Assembly: GCA_964577365.1 (NCBI GenBank)
Contig: CAZNYP010000001.1
Span: 50,025-109,832 of the forward strand
DNA: 59,808 nt
Direction: 5' to 3'
Source of the DNA: an uncultured Candidatus Saccharibacteria bacterium
GTDB taxonomy: Bacteria; Patescibacteriota; Minisyncoccia; Phycocordibacterales; PALSA-1337
Below the pieces are notes generated by a model. It was given only the letters and a program-made list of their open reading frames with translations. It was not told the DNA's origin and searched no databases. Below, one piece after another: positions 18,350 through 28,018 of the stretch. Both the position numbers and the translations under genes were made by a program. Every line of letters starts with the position of its first letter. Position 1 is the first letter of the stretch.

Positions 18350-19300
18350 TTACTTTAGGGTGATACCGTAATTACTCAAGACTTTCTTGATCTCTTGGAT
18401 ACCTTTGCTTCCAAGACCTTCAACATCGAGTATATCTGCTTCTTTCTTTCGTGCAAGTCCTCCGACGGTTCGGATGTTTGCAGCAGCGAGAGCTTTTACT
18501 GTTCGAGCTGAGAGGCCGATATCATCGATACGAGTCTTTAGGAACTCTACATCGATCTCCTTTTTAGGAGCTTCGTCTTCTTTTGCTGTCTCTACTACGA
18601 CTTCTTCCTCTTTGAATCCTACGATAGCTTTGAGCTGGTGGATCATGATACCGATAGACTGCTCGAGTGCCTCGTGCGGAGTGAGTGTTCCGTCAGTTTC
18701 GATAGAGATGCGGAGTCGGTTGAAATCTGTTCGATCTCCTACTCGCATGTTTTCCACTTCGTAGTTTACACGGCGGATAGGGGTAAATATAGCGTCGAGA
18801 GAGATAGCACCGATATCCACTCGGTCTTTTTCAATGACTTCTTTTGGAACGTATCCGAGACCCTTTTGTACAGTTGCCTCGATGTCGAGTTCTGCAGTCT
18901 TACTCGTGAGCTCTGCAATGTGGAGTTCTGGATTTAGAACTTCTACTTGTCCTGGGACTTCTACGTCTTTTCCAGTGATGATCTTTGCCCCCTTTGCCTT
19001 GATGTATACCACCTGAGCTTCGTCACCAGTGACGCGTAGGCGAAGTCGTTTGAGGTTCAAAAGTACGTTGATCACGTCTTCTTTTACGCCTTCGATAGTT
19101 GAGAACTCGTGTTCGACACCAGCAATCTTTACTTTTGTGATCGCAGCACCTGGGAGTGATGAAAGAATGATGCGACGGAGTGAGTTTCCGAGAGTATGTC
19201 CGTAGCCTGGGTAAAGTCCGTCGATCTCATATATTCCAGTGAGACCTTCCTCCTTTACAATCTTTGGTTTTGATGGCAAAACGACGTTGGTAAGAGACAT
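18350..19300 (-). CDS. rpoA: DNA-directed RNA polymerase subunit alpha
   Basis: 316 aa with GYGHTLGNSLRRILLSS-type N-terminal domain (here GHTLGNSLRRIILSSLPG) and a C-terminal domain carrying LSARTVKAL. It occupies the canonical position. Confidence 0.97.
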   Translation of the reverse strand: MSLTNVVLPSKPKIVKEEGLTGIYEIDGLYPGYGHTLGNSLRRIILSSLPGAAITKVKIAGVEHEFSTIEGVKEDVINVLLNLKRLRLRVTGDEAQVVYIKAKGAKIITGKDVEVPGQVEVLNPELHIAELTSKTAELDIEATVQKGLGYVPKEVIEKDRVDIGAISLDAIFTPIRRVNYEVENMRVGDRTDFNRLRISIETDGTLTPHEALEQSIGIMIHQLKAIVGFKEEEVVVETAKEDEAPKKEIDVEFLKTRIDDIGLSARTVKALAAANIRTVGGLARKKEADILDVEGLGSKGIQEIKKVLSNYGITLK

Positions 19301-19366
19301 TTGTTTAGCTAGTTAACATTATTAAATGGTCGAAACATTGTACATTATTTTCTAAAACTTTGCAAA

Positions 19367-19972
19367 TTATCGGGTATAAAACTCAAGCACCGTCGCAACA
19401 TTGAACAATAATTCTGATTGTTCGGCTTTCGGTGTTCCATCGACGGTCACCTCTTTTTTATCAAAATTGAGCTTTAACCACGCTGGCAATTTTACTGTTT
19501 TCAAGCGCTCATCGAGGCCTGCAAACAATGCCTTTGCCTTGCTTCCTTCTCGGATAGCCACTACATCACCTGCCTCGACCGCATATGACGGCACGCGGAC
19601 GATCTTTCCATTTACGGTGATGTGTCCGTGTGATGTCATCTGTCGAGCACCTCGGCGAGTAGTAGCAAATCCCGCCTTGAGGACTGCATTGTCGAGGCGA
19701 CTTTCGAGAGTGGTGATGAGAGCTTCACCGGTGTTTCCTTTTTTTGAGAGCGCGGCATTTACAGCGTTTGACATCTGGCGTTCATTTAGACCGTACTGGA
19801 ATCGTACTTTTTGTTTTTCGATGAGACCGAGTCCGAACTCACTCTTTGAGCGAGGGCGAGGATTGTTTTCGAGTTTACGAGCATTGCGAAGCGCAAACTT
19901 TTGAGTTTGTGTCTTTTCAAATATTGGTGCCCCGAGTCGGCGAGCTATTTTGTATTTTGGTCCTATAATCAT
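19367..19972 (-). CDS. rpsD: 30S ribosomal protein S4 (uS4)
   Basis: GPKYKIARRLG...LESRLDNAV...S4 domain. Confidence 0.97.
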   Translation of the reverse strand: MIIGPKYKIARRLGAPIFEKTQTQKFALRNARKLENNPRPRSKSEFGLGLIEKQKVRFQYGLNERQMSNAVNAALSKKGNTGEALITTLESRLDNAVLKAGFATTRRGARQMTSHGHITVNGKIVRVPSYAVEAGDVVAIREGSKAKALFAGLDERLKTVKLPAWLKLNFDKKEVTVDGTPKAEQSELLFNVATVLEFYTR

Positions 19973-19983
19973 AAATTTGTGTA

Positions 19984-20406
19984 TTATACTCGTCTTGGTT
20001 TCTTAGGCTTTGGTCCGTTGTGTGGTACCGGAGTCTCGTCCTTGATACTTGAAATAGTTACTCCTTTTGAAATAAAACCTCGGATAGCTGATTCTCGGCC
20101 AGAACCTACTCCCTTTACAATGACCGCAACCTCTTTGAGGCCGAGGAGGGCTGCTTTTACCGCGAGTGTCTCTCCGATCTTTGCGGCTGCAAACGGAGTA
20201 CCCTTTTTTGCACCCTTGAATCCTAGTGCGCCTGAGGTAGACCACATCACTGCATTACCCTTTGGATCAGCCAAGAGGAGCTTGGTGTTGTTGTAGGTAG
20301 ACTGAACATAGAGGATACCAGTATCCAATCGCTTCTTTGAAGACGCCTGCTGTGCTGGCTTTTTCTCAACTGTCTTTTCGGTTGTTGTTTCGGTTTTTTT
20401 AGCCAT
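19984..20406 (-). CDS. rpsK: 30S ribosomal protein S11 (uS11)
   Basis: ...STSGALGFKGAKKGTPFAA...VKGVGSGRESAIRG...TPVPHNG. Confidence 0.97.
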   Translation of the reverse strand: MAKKTETTTEKTVEKKPAQQASSKKRLDTGILYVQSTYNNTKLLLADPKGNAVMWSTSGALGFKGAKKGTPFAAAKIGETLAVKAALLGLKEVAVIVKGVGSGRESAIRGFISKGVTISSIKDETPVPHNGPKPKKPRRV

Positions 20407-20411
20407 AAATA

Positions 20412-20792
20412 TTACTTCTTATCTTCCTTCTTACGTCCTGATCCCATAGTCTTTCGGATGTTTCCTCGGAGAGTACGAGAATTTGTCTTTGTACGCTGTC
20501 CACGTGCAGGGAGCTTTTTAGCATGTCGAGTACCTCGATATGCCTTGATATCCTTTAGACGTTTTATGTTTGAAGCAATCTCTCGTTTGAGATCTCCTTC
20601 TATTTTGAAACCTTCGATGATCTTTCGGATAGTGTTTTCCTGATCGACAGTGAGCTCTTTTGCTCGTGCACTAAAATCTACTTTTGCCTGAGTTAAAATG
20701 TGTTGAGCACGTGATCGTCCTACACCGTAAAGAGTAGTGAGGGCAATCTCTATTCGTTTATCATCTGGAATTGTAATACCGAGTATACGCAT
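20412..20792 (-). CDS. rpsM: 30S ribosomal protein S13 (uS13)
   Basis: MRILGITIPDDKRIEIALTTLYGVGRSRA...YRGTRH..KLPARGQRTKTN. Confidence 0.97.
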   Translation of the reverse strand: MRILGITIPDDKRIEIALTTLYGVGRSRAQHILTQAKVDFSARAKELTVDQENTIRKIIEGFKIEGDLKREIASNIKRLKDIKAYRGTRHAKKLPARGQRTKTNSRTLRGNIRKTMGSGRKKEDKK

Positions 20793-20804
20793 TATATTTA
20801 AATA

Positions 20805-20921
20805 TTAGCCCTGGCGCTGCTTGTGGCGAGGATTACCTTTGCACACTACATAGACGTAGCCCTTTCGGCGCACTACGCTGCATTTTTCACATATTTTTTT
20901 GACTGAAGCTCTCACTTTCAT
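20805..20921 (-). CDS. rpmJ: 50S ribosomal protein L36 (bL36), 38 aa, below the ORF-track cutoff
   Basis: Hand translation gives [38 protein letters not shown]. It lies between infA and rpsM, as in the canonical operon. Confidence 0.93.
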   Translation of the reverse strand: MKVRASVKKICEKCSVVRRKGYVYVVCKGNPRHKQRQG

Positions 20922-20936
20922 TATATGAAATATATT

Positions 20937-21164
20937 TTATAGTCTCTTGGTAATACGAGCTCGGCCGCCATAAGGGTCAAGTTCTAGTTCTACTTTGTCT
21001 CCGATCAATACTCTGATGCGATGCATTCTCATCTTACCCGCTAGATAGGCGAGTACGACGGTATCACTACCGTCGAGTGTGACTCGAAACAAAGTGTCTG
21101 GTAACGCTTCCGTTACCACTCCAGTTGTTTTAGTCGCACTTTTGCTTTGATTTAATGCATCCAT
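20937..21164 (-). CDS. infA: translation initiation factor IF-1
   Basis: GVVTEALPDTLFRVTLDG...AYLAGKMRMHRIRVLIGDKVELELDPY is the S1-like IF-1 pattern. Confidence 0.95.
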   Translation of the reverse strand: MDALNQSKSATKTTGVVTEALPDTLFRVTLDGSDTVVLAYLAGKMRMHRIRVLIGDKVELELDPYGGRARITKRL

Positions 21165-21200
21165 TCGTAAAATGCGCGTCTCGATATACTAGCAGACTTG

Positions 21201-22484
21201 TTATTTTTCTGCAAGTACCTCTACCGTGACCCTATTCGGTGAGCTTGGGAACGACTTTTTCCAGAACGGTGAGACCCGGACACTAGCCTTTGCGATACTG
21301 TCGTATTTCTGAAGGATGGTGTTTATGTCCTCTACTGCTACCCCCACTACCGACTCCTTTACCTGCTCTACTGGGATATCTCCCACGAGGACGATACTCC
21401 CTGCTGCATTTATAGTGATTGGGCCGGTCATGCCGTACTTTATAGGTGCTTTTGGGGCCATGGTGATGCTAGAGAGCCCTTTTGCAGTAAATGAGTCTGT
21501 ACCTAGCTTTTTCACTTCTCCCGCACCGAGGGTCTTTATGAGGCTATTGGTATCAAAGACATAGGCCATAGCTGTAGCTTTTATAGAAATCTGGCTCTGG
21601 TTGGTACCTTTTGATACCTGTGGGAGCTCTTCGATTGCCATAGCGATGAGACTTTCATATGAGGTAGAGTTCGGATCCACCTGGGACTTTAACTTTGCGC
21701 GAACCTGATCGGTAGCAGCTGCGGTGAGGCGATCCTTTGTCTCTTTGTAGATTTTCTCGTCGATTACGTTGCGATTTCCTGAAAATCCTCCGGTGAGGTC
21801 AGTCTCGAGCTCGGCATGGAACTGGTCGAACTTTTTGCTGCCCTTAAAGCCTGGGATAGTGAGATTCCCCGCAAGTGCTTTGCTCAGATTTGACTCTACC
21901 CCTGCTTCATCTGCCTGGACGGCTACTGAGACACGCTTGCCGGCTGGGACGATCACTCCTTTTTGGAGGCGATATATCTTTCCACTCGCACTTTGGAGGC
22001 GAGTGTTTATGACGAGTTCCTGGTTGTCTGGAGCGGTACTCACGATAAATACACTTCCTTTTGCTTTGCTTTGATAAAAAGTGCCAGGAGATGCGGTCAC
22101 TACCTCCATAGTAGTCTCACTCGCGGTAATAGTGCTGTACTTGAGACCATCACCATTTGGTGTGGCGGTAAAGTTTACATTGATGCTCGTATTGAGACTC
22201 TTTGGCTCTATAGTGAGTGTTCCCTTTGAATATACGAGAGAGATGGCACCAGCAATAACAACAATAGATATGAGGACCACAGCCACCATCACGATTTTGG
22301 TAAAGGTGCTGCTGCCTTTTGGCTCTTCGTAGTCACGAGGCACACGAGTACGTCGAGGGGCGACATACTCCTCTACTACTTTTTCATCTTCTTCGATCTG
22401 TTTGCGACTGATCGGGATACGACGAATGGTCCGAGAGGTGCTCGGCAATACGACGTCGTCCATTTTGTAGTCTTTTTCCTTCAT
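21201..22484 (-). CDS. hypothetical single-pass membrane protein with a large extracytoplasmic domain (427 aa)
   Basis: Charged N-terminus, one TM helix (IVMVAVVLISIVVIAGAISLV), then a Ser/Thr/Val-rich, beta-strand-looking domain. No family motif recognised. Confidence 0.6.
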   Translation of the reverse strand: MKEKDYKMDDVVLPSTSRTIRRIPISRKQIEEDEKVVEEYVAPRRTRVPRDYEEPKGSSTFTKIVMVAVVLISIVVIAGAISLVYSKGTLTIEPKSLNTSINVNFTATPNGDGLKYSTITASETTMEVVTASPGTFYQSKAKGSVFIVSTAPDNQELVINTRLQSASGKIYRLQKGVIVPAGKRVSVAVQADEAGVESNLSKALAGNLTIPGFKGSKKFDQFHAELETDLTGGFSGNRNVIDEKIYKETKDRLTAAATDQVRAKLKSQVDPNSTSYESLIAMAIEELPQVSKGTNQSQISIKATAMAYVFDTNSLIKTLGAGEVKKLGTDSFTAKGLSSITMAPKAPIKYGMTGPITINAAGSIVLVGDIPVEQVKESVVGVAVEDINTILQKYDSIAKASVRVSPFWKKSFPSSPNRVTVEVLAEK

Positions 22485-22512
22485 GTGCTGTATATCAAAG
22501 AATTATATCATA

Positions 22513-23568
22513 TCAATCTCGAAACTCCACCAAATCGATACCGGTCATATAGAGCTCGGTGATCTCCTCTGGGAGACGTGAGATCTTGCTATGCCTGTTT
22601 TGATCGGCGAGCGTCTGCTCGAATAGTTTTGTCTGTTTTGAGCTGTGGACAATGATGTGGAGTGGGAGCTCTTCGATGCGATCATACTGAAATATGAGCT
22701 TGAGTATATCGTCATACCAGGCGAGGAGCTCTTCGCGTACTACCGGCTCGAACTTTTTATGCTCTGCGGTCGAGAGATCACCTTTTTCATACAGACTTAC
22801 CTTTGACGCAGCGAGGTCAAAGGTCATACCGATCTTTTCTGCGAGTGCTCTATAAAACGAGTATACTCCGTAGTTTAGAGAAGAAAAATAAAGTGGGATA
22901 CCTCCTACAAAGATCGTAATGTCGGTACATTCACCGTGCACATGGACGAAGATACCGTTTTCAAACTCTGGTCGGATATATCGCATACTGATAAAAGACA
23001 GGAGCGATGCAGAGTGAAACGAAGACTTTGTAGAATGAAAATGTTTTTCCACAGTTTCGGTCACCTTTTTTATAATATGCTTTGAAACGACACTCACCGA
23101 GTTCGCTATCGAGAGGGTCATGGCTGGGCTCGGCTTTTTGCTCTTTATCGGAAAGCCATTTACCTTTACTTCAAATATTTTCTGCTCGATGAGATCTACG
23201 TCAAATGGAAATAGCTTGCGCAGTGCAGTGCGCTCATCTGCAATGATGCCGTCGAGGAGCCGTTTATCCACAGTGACGGGTTTTTGATACTGAAAATTGG
23301 CTATTTTTGTCTTTGACAAAATCCACGGAGAAGAAAAAACGATGTGGACCTTGGTCAGACGTTTTGCCCGAGGCTCGAGGGCCTTTAGTACATTTGAAAG
23401 TGAGCGAAGCATGGCATGCTCGACATGACTGCCGACACGCCCGTGCCGAGGAGAAATATGGTCAGTCGCAGTACAAAGCATGTCGGCCTTTTTACTGCCG
23501 GCGTACTCGACAAGCGATGCACAGACCGCTGCACTTTCGATAACTATGACGAGGAATTGTCCTTTCAC
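22513..23568 (-). CDS. hypothetical cytoplasmic protein (351 aa); weak actin-fold (FtsA/PilM-like) impression only
   Basis: Long clean ORF immediately upstream of the membrane protein. The two-lobed layout and the GECTDITIF segment recall ASKHA-fold ATPases, but no firm motif is present. Confidence 0.45.
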   Translation of the reverse strand: MKGQFLVIVIESAAVCASLVEYAGSKKADMLCTATDHISPRHGRVGSHVEHAMLRSLSNVLKALEPRAKRLTKVHIVFSSPWILSKTKIANFQYQKPVTVDKRLLDGIIADERTALRKLFPFDVDLIEQKIFEVKVNGFPIKSKKPSPAMTLSIANSVSVVSKHIIKKVTETVEKHFHSTKSSFHSASLLSFISMRYIRPEFENGIFVHVHGECTDITIFVGGIPLYFSSLNYGVYSFYRALAEKIGMTFDLAASKVSLYEKGDLSTAEHKKFEPVVREELLAWYDDILKLIFQYDRIEELPLHIIVHSSKQTKLFEQTLADQNRHSKISRLPEEITELYMTGIDLVEFRD

Positions 23569-23580
23569 TCACATATTATA

Positions 23581-25398
23581 TCACGACAAAACTGCTTTGA
23601 TGCGACGGACACCTGCGGATACCGCTTCTTCTTTTGCGATTTTAAATGTACCGAGCTCATTCGTATTCTTTACGTGAGGACCACCACAGAATTCGATAGA
23701 ATCGCCAATAAAATACACACTCACCTGATCAGGATATTTTTCATTGAAGAAATGTAGTGCGCCTGCTTTTATTGCCTCGTCTTTTGGCATGATTTTGTTT
23801 TCCACAGTGATCGCTGCTTTGATTTTTTCATTGACGATATCCTCGACTTTCTTTTTTTCTTCATCAGTCATCTTTGTCGGGTGTACAAAGTCAAAACGAA
23901 GACGCTCTGGAGTGATGTTACTTCCCTTTTGTTCGACATGGGGACCGAGGACCTGACGAAGTGCATAGTGGAGAAGGTGTGTAGCGGTATGATATCGCAC
24001 TGACTGTTCACTCGTATCGGCGAGGCCTCCTTTGAACTTTTGTTCGGAGCCAAGACGTGAAAGTTTCTGATGCTCTAGAAAAGCCTGGCCGAGCTCTGCC
24101 TCATCTACCTTAAACCCGAGTTCTTTTGCAACATCGACACTGAGGTCAGCCGGCGCACCGTATGTCTGAAAATTTTGATAGATATATAGGCCAGATGTAG
24201 TTCCATCCTCCTTTATAATTGGAAATTCCTTGATTCGTTTTATGAGTCCGCTTTTTGTTGCTTCCAAGTCAACTTTGTACATTTCAATTCTATTTAGCGG
24301 CTTTTCAAACTGAACTTCTTCTTCAGAAATAGTTTTTATAATATGATCAGATTGTCTGAGGAGCTCTGGATATGCTTCACCATAATTTTTAATGATAATA
24401 CTCACTAGTTCGTTCCAAAAACCTTTTGGAAGCATGAGCGTGTGAGCACGTCGCAGTAGACGTCTGATCAATCGACGCAACACATATCCCTGATCGACAT
24501 TTGAAGGTGTTACCCCGTCCGCAATCATAAACACTGAGGTGCGGATGTGATCAGCGATAATTCGAACGGATCGGAGATCGTCTTTTTTGGTATTTTTCTT
24601 AATGCTTTCCATGATTGGGACGAAGAGGTCCGTATCATATATATTGTCCTTCCCTTGTATGACCATCGCGACACGTTCGAGACCTGAGCCGGTATCGATA
24701 TTCTTTGAAGCGAGTTTGCCGATGACTTTTCCATCTTTCTTTTCATACTCCATAAACACATCGTTCCAGATCTCGACCACATCACGTCGTTCATCAGCAG
24801 CGAGATATTCATCATGTGTCATATCACCGAGACCCTGTGGAGTCACGTCATAAAACATCTCACTATCAGGTCCGCATGGGCCATTGTCCCCTGCTGCCCA
24901 CCAGTTGTTTTTTGCAGGCAAAAAGTAAATGCGGTTTTCAGGAACTCCGACAGATTTCCAGATCTCTACCGCTTCTAGATCGCGAGGTGCATTTTCGTCC
25001 CCAGCAAACACAGTTATATAGAGGCGCTTTGGATCGAGACCGAACTCTTTTGTGAGGAGCTCGTAGCTCCATTCGATTGCCTCTTTTTTAAAATAATCTC
25101 CAAGTGACCAGTTCCCGAGCATTTCAAAAAACGTCGCATGAGTATTGTCCCCAATATCATCGATATCTACAGTGCGTACACATTTTTGAGCATTTGCGAG
25201 GCGCTTCCCGAGTGGATGCGGCTGTCCGAGGAGGTATGGCACGAGTGGCTGCATACCAGCAGTATTAAAGAGTACTGAAGGGTCGTTTTGTGGTACGAGC
25301 GAAGCCGACGGGATGATGGCATGTCCCTTTTTTTCAAAAAATGTTAGAAATTTCGCACGGATTTCCTGGGATGTCATAGTAGAGACTTTAGCATACAT
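23581..25398 (-). CDS. alaS: alanine--tRNA ligase, short form (605 aa, no C-Ala domain)
   Basis: ...EIRAKFLTFFEKKGHAIIPSASLVP.NDPS.LFTNAGM-like N-terminus, and an HTATHLLH ... CGGPHV editing-domain zinc motif. The start may be the ATG at 25377. Confidence 0.93.
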   Translation of the reverse strand: MYAKVSTMTSQEIRAKFLTFFEKKGHAIIPSASLVPQNDPSVLFNTAGMQPLVPYLLGQPHPLGKRLANAQKCVRTVDIDDIGDNTHATFFEMLGNWSLGDYFKKEAIEWSYELLTKEFGLDPKRLYITVFAGDENAPRDLEAVEIWKSVGVPENRIYFLPAKNNWWAAGDNGPCGPDSEMFYDVTPQGLGDMTHDEYLAADERRDVVEIWNDVFMEYEKKDGKVIGKLASKNIDTGSGLERVAMVIQGKDNIYDTDLFVPIMESIKKNTKKDDLRSVRIIADHIRTSVFMIADGVTPSNVDQGYVLRRLIRRLLRRAHTLMLPKGFWNELVSIIIKNYGEAYPELLRQSDHIIKTISEEEVQFEKPLNRIEMYKVDLEATKSGLIKRIKEFPIIKEDGTTSGLYIYQNFQTYGAPADLSVDVAKELGFKVDEAELGQAFLEHQKLSRLGSEQKFKGGLADTSEQSVRYHTATHLLHYALRQVLGPHVEQKGSNITPERLRFDFVHPTKMTDEEKKKVEDIVNEKIKAAITVENKIMPKDEAIKAGALHFFNEKYPDQVSVYFIGDSIEFCGGPHVKNTNELGTFKIAKEEAVSAGVRRIKAVLS

Positions 25399-25399
25399 T

Positions 25400-27148
25400 T
25401 TACAAAGATTTAAGGTCGCGTATGTCTTTCTCTATTTCAAGTAGACCTGCTCTAAAGAAATCAGGCTTTGTGGTATCGATTCCAATACTTTTAAAAATAT
25501 TGATCGGAGTATCTGATCCACCTGCTCTGAGAAATTTTTCTACTTGTTTTATATAACCTGGATCTTTTTCCAAGTTTCTGAGCATGACCTTGCTCGTGAG
25601 CAACCCGTAGGCATATGTATACACATAAAAGTAATACCGTAGATGCGGCCATGACACAAACAAATATCCATCATCCTCGCGGAATTTCATCTTTGGACCG
25701 AGGTACGCGGACATATTTTTGTTGTGTATTCGTGCTATATTTTCTTTTGAAACAAACCCCTCTGTCCGAACAGCCTGGTGTAGCTCTGATTCAAAGTTGT
25801 AGCATGCCACTTGTCGAAATATTGTAGAGATATTGCGTTGTAATCGGTCAAATAGCGCAATCTTTCGTTCTTTTGCAGTGAGTTGTTTTAGAACATGCTC
25901 GAAGACAACATTTTCAAAAAATGTACTCGCTGTCTCTGCGGTGGTAAGTGAATAATCGAAGTTCAAAACTGATTGTGTTCTTGAGAAATGTGAGTGAAAT
26001 GCATGCCCCATCTCATGTCCAAATGTCTGCAGTGAAGTAAAATTATTGACATGATTGAGTAGGACATATGTCTCTGAACCATACATACTAGAGCAATACG
26101 CACCGCCACGCTTCCCTTTTCGTGGATATACATCCACCTGTCCTCTTTTTACAAATGAATCAACGAGATCGACATATACCTGGCCAAGAGGCCTAAAGGC
26201 ATCTTTCAAAATATCAACCGATTCTTCGAAAGAAAAACTTTTGTTCAGCGTGCCCACACTCGCTTGGCGATCCTCGTATCCCAATTCTGCTAGACCGAGT
26301 TCTTTTGCTAACATGCCATAGTATGTGTGTGATATATCGAAATGATCTGTGACTGTTTTGATGAGGTTGTCGACAGCTTTTCGTGAATCCTGATTCTCGA
26401 GCAACATAGCATCTGATGGGTGTTTTAGATTGCGCAATTCGTCTTCTATCTTTCTAAATGCAAAAATTGCATTTAGCTCTGACTCGGCAAAAGAAGATAT
26501 GTTTTTTAGCGTACCTGTGAGTGCTTCTTGCATTTTGCTACGTGATTCTTTGTTTGGTTCTTTCAGTAGACTGTTTGTGATCTCCTCGATGGGTACGGCC
26601 CGACCGTTGTAGGTGACCATCTGCTGACTCAATAATTTAGACTGTCCAGATGTCCATGCATCGTACGCTACACTACGTGTGAGTGACAAGACTTTTTCGA
26701 TCTCCTCTGAGAGTTGGAATTCAGCATTTTTGAATATTTCAGACAAAAAATGTTTATATGGTTTTAATGATGGATGTGACAATAATACTTTTTGTTGTTT
26801 TTTTGAAATAGCGCCGAGAGCAAGGGTAAAGAATTTGATTTTGTTTAGTGCTTTTCGAACTCGTTCCTGCACCTTATTCATTTTTGCTTGCACCGATCCA
26901 TCTTCGTCGCGACCGATATGTATCGTATATCTCAAAAAACAAATAGGTTTTTCTGCTGATCCATCGCGGTTTAGGGTCTCAAAATCAACAAGCGCTTTGA
27001 GAACATTTGAGACAGATTTAGAAAAATCAACCTTGCTGTATGTGCGAGAAAAAGCGTCACACATCTTTTCAGTGCGCTTTACATCTTTTTCGATCTGGGG
27101 GTCATCAATACTCTTGTATAAAAGGGTCAAATCCCATTCGGTTTTCAT
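25400..27148 (-). CDS. pepF: oligoendopeptidase F (M3B family)
   Basis: HEMGHAFH zinc motif in a 582-aa M3-type frame. Confidence 0.9.
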   Translation of the reverse strand: MKTEWDLTLLYKSIDDPQIEKDVKRTEKMCDAFSRTYSKVDFSKSVSNVLKALVDFETLNRDGSAEKPICFLRYTIHIGRDEDGSVQAKMNKVQERVRKALNKIKFFTLALGAISKKQQKVLLSHPSLKPYKHFLSEIFKNAEFQLSEEIEKVLSLTRSVAYDAWTSGQSKLLSQQMVTYNGRAVPIEEITNSLLKEPNKESRSKMQEALTGTLKNISSFAESELNAIFAFRKIEDELRNLKHPSDAMLLENQDSRKAVDNLIKTVTDHFDISHTYYGMLAKELGLAELGYEDRQASVGTLNKSFSFEESVDILKDAFRPLGQVYVDLVDSFVKRGQVDVYPRKGKRGGAYCSSMYGSETYVLLNHVNNFTSLQTFGHEMGHAFHSHFSRTQSVLNFDYSLTTAETASTFFENVVFEHVLKQLTAKERKIALFDRLQRNISTIFRQVACYNFESELHQAVRTEGFVSKENIARIHNKNMSAYLGPKMKFREDDGYLFVSWPHLRYYFYVYTYAYGLLTSKVMLRNLEKDPGYIKQVEKFLRAGGSDTPINIFKSIGIDTTKPDFFRAGLLEIEKDIRDLKSL

Positions 27149-27972
27149 AGCGTATCGATTTCTTTTAGTACGTGAGCGATGTCTTCGGTCGACATGCCCT
27201 GTTCTTTTAATAAATGTTGGTTGTCTTTGATATCCTCACACAAAATGATTCCCTTCGCAAGCAAATGCTTTTTCTGAGTGGCACTGAGGCTCGTGAGTGC
27301 GGTGAATGGGTGAAGCCCTGATTTTTCGATCATATCCTGGAGATTGTTCTGTGCAGGATAGTTCCATCCAACGAGACGTAGGCCTTTGCATTCTGCATAG
27401 TGGATGGCCTGATCAGTGAACTTTGTGTTGGTGACGAGCCAACTATCGGTGATCTTTCGTTTCTTTCCACCATAGTCATACATGTTTTCTTTGAGATCAT
27501 CAAAACGAGCTTTTATATACAGTGCTACTTTTATATCGGATTTGAAACCAAATTCGTTGTGGAATTTTGCTTCGATCATGACGAGTTCATCACCCTTCCA
27601 CGCGATCACATCCATCTCGTGAGGGACACAACCACCATAGACGACTTGGTCAGTGAGTGTCTCGTAGCCCTGAGTTCTCAAAATGGCAGCAATAAATTTT
27701 TCAAATGGAAAACCGTTCGGACCGAGCTCGGAGAGGGCGCGGCGGAGTGAATATTTTGACGCTACCTTGTTTTTTGATTCACGGAGATGTGAAAAAGCGA
27801 GGTGATATATCTGACCCGTCGTCATCCCATCGTGTATTTCTTTTTTTATCTTTTCAGTGATCTTTGCGATGACTGCAGGCTCGGTACCGACGTGCTCGAG
27901 GGATTCGACTAGTTTTGATTCATTAAAGGGTTCGAGCGTCCCGTCAGCTTTCTTTATGTATATGGTAGACAT
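27145..27972 (-). CDS. ATP-cone domain fused to a PD-(D/E)xK (Mrr-like) nuclease-fold domain
   Basis: The N-terminus MSTIYIKKADGTLEPFNESKLVESL is ATP-cone-like. The centre ...HEMDVIAWKGDELVMIEAKFH... looks like a restriction-endonuclease core. TGcTATAAT lies 6 nt upstream of ATG 27972. Confidence 0.72.
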   Translation of the reverse strand: MSTIYIKKADGTLEPFNESKLVESLEHVGTEPAVIAKITEKIKKEIHDGMTTGQIYHLAFSHLRESKNKVASKYSLRRALSELGPNGFPFEKFIAAILRTQGYETLTDQVVYGGCVPHEMDVIAWKGDELVMIEAKFHNEFGFKSDIKVALYIKARFDDLKENMYDYGGKKRKITDSWLVTNTKFTDQAIHYAECKGLRLVGWNYPAQNNLQDMIEKSGLHPFTALTSLSATQKKHLLAKGIILCEDIKDNQHLLKEQGMSTEDIAHVLKEIDTL

Positions 27973-27996
27973 GCGACCATTATAGCAAAAGCAAAA

Positions 27997-28018
27997 GGTC
28001 ACCGCAGGGTGACCTTTT
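27997..28018. terminator. perfect 7-bp hairpin terminator (ggtcacc-gcag-ggtgacc) with flanking A and T runs
   Basis: Seen directly. It lies downstream of the G+C-rich unit and upstream of the ATP-cone gene promoter. Confidence 0.7.
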
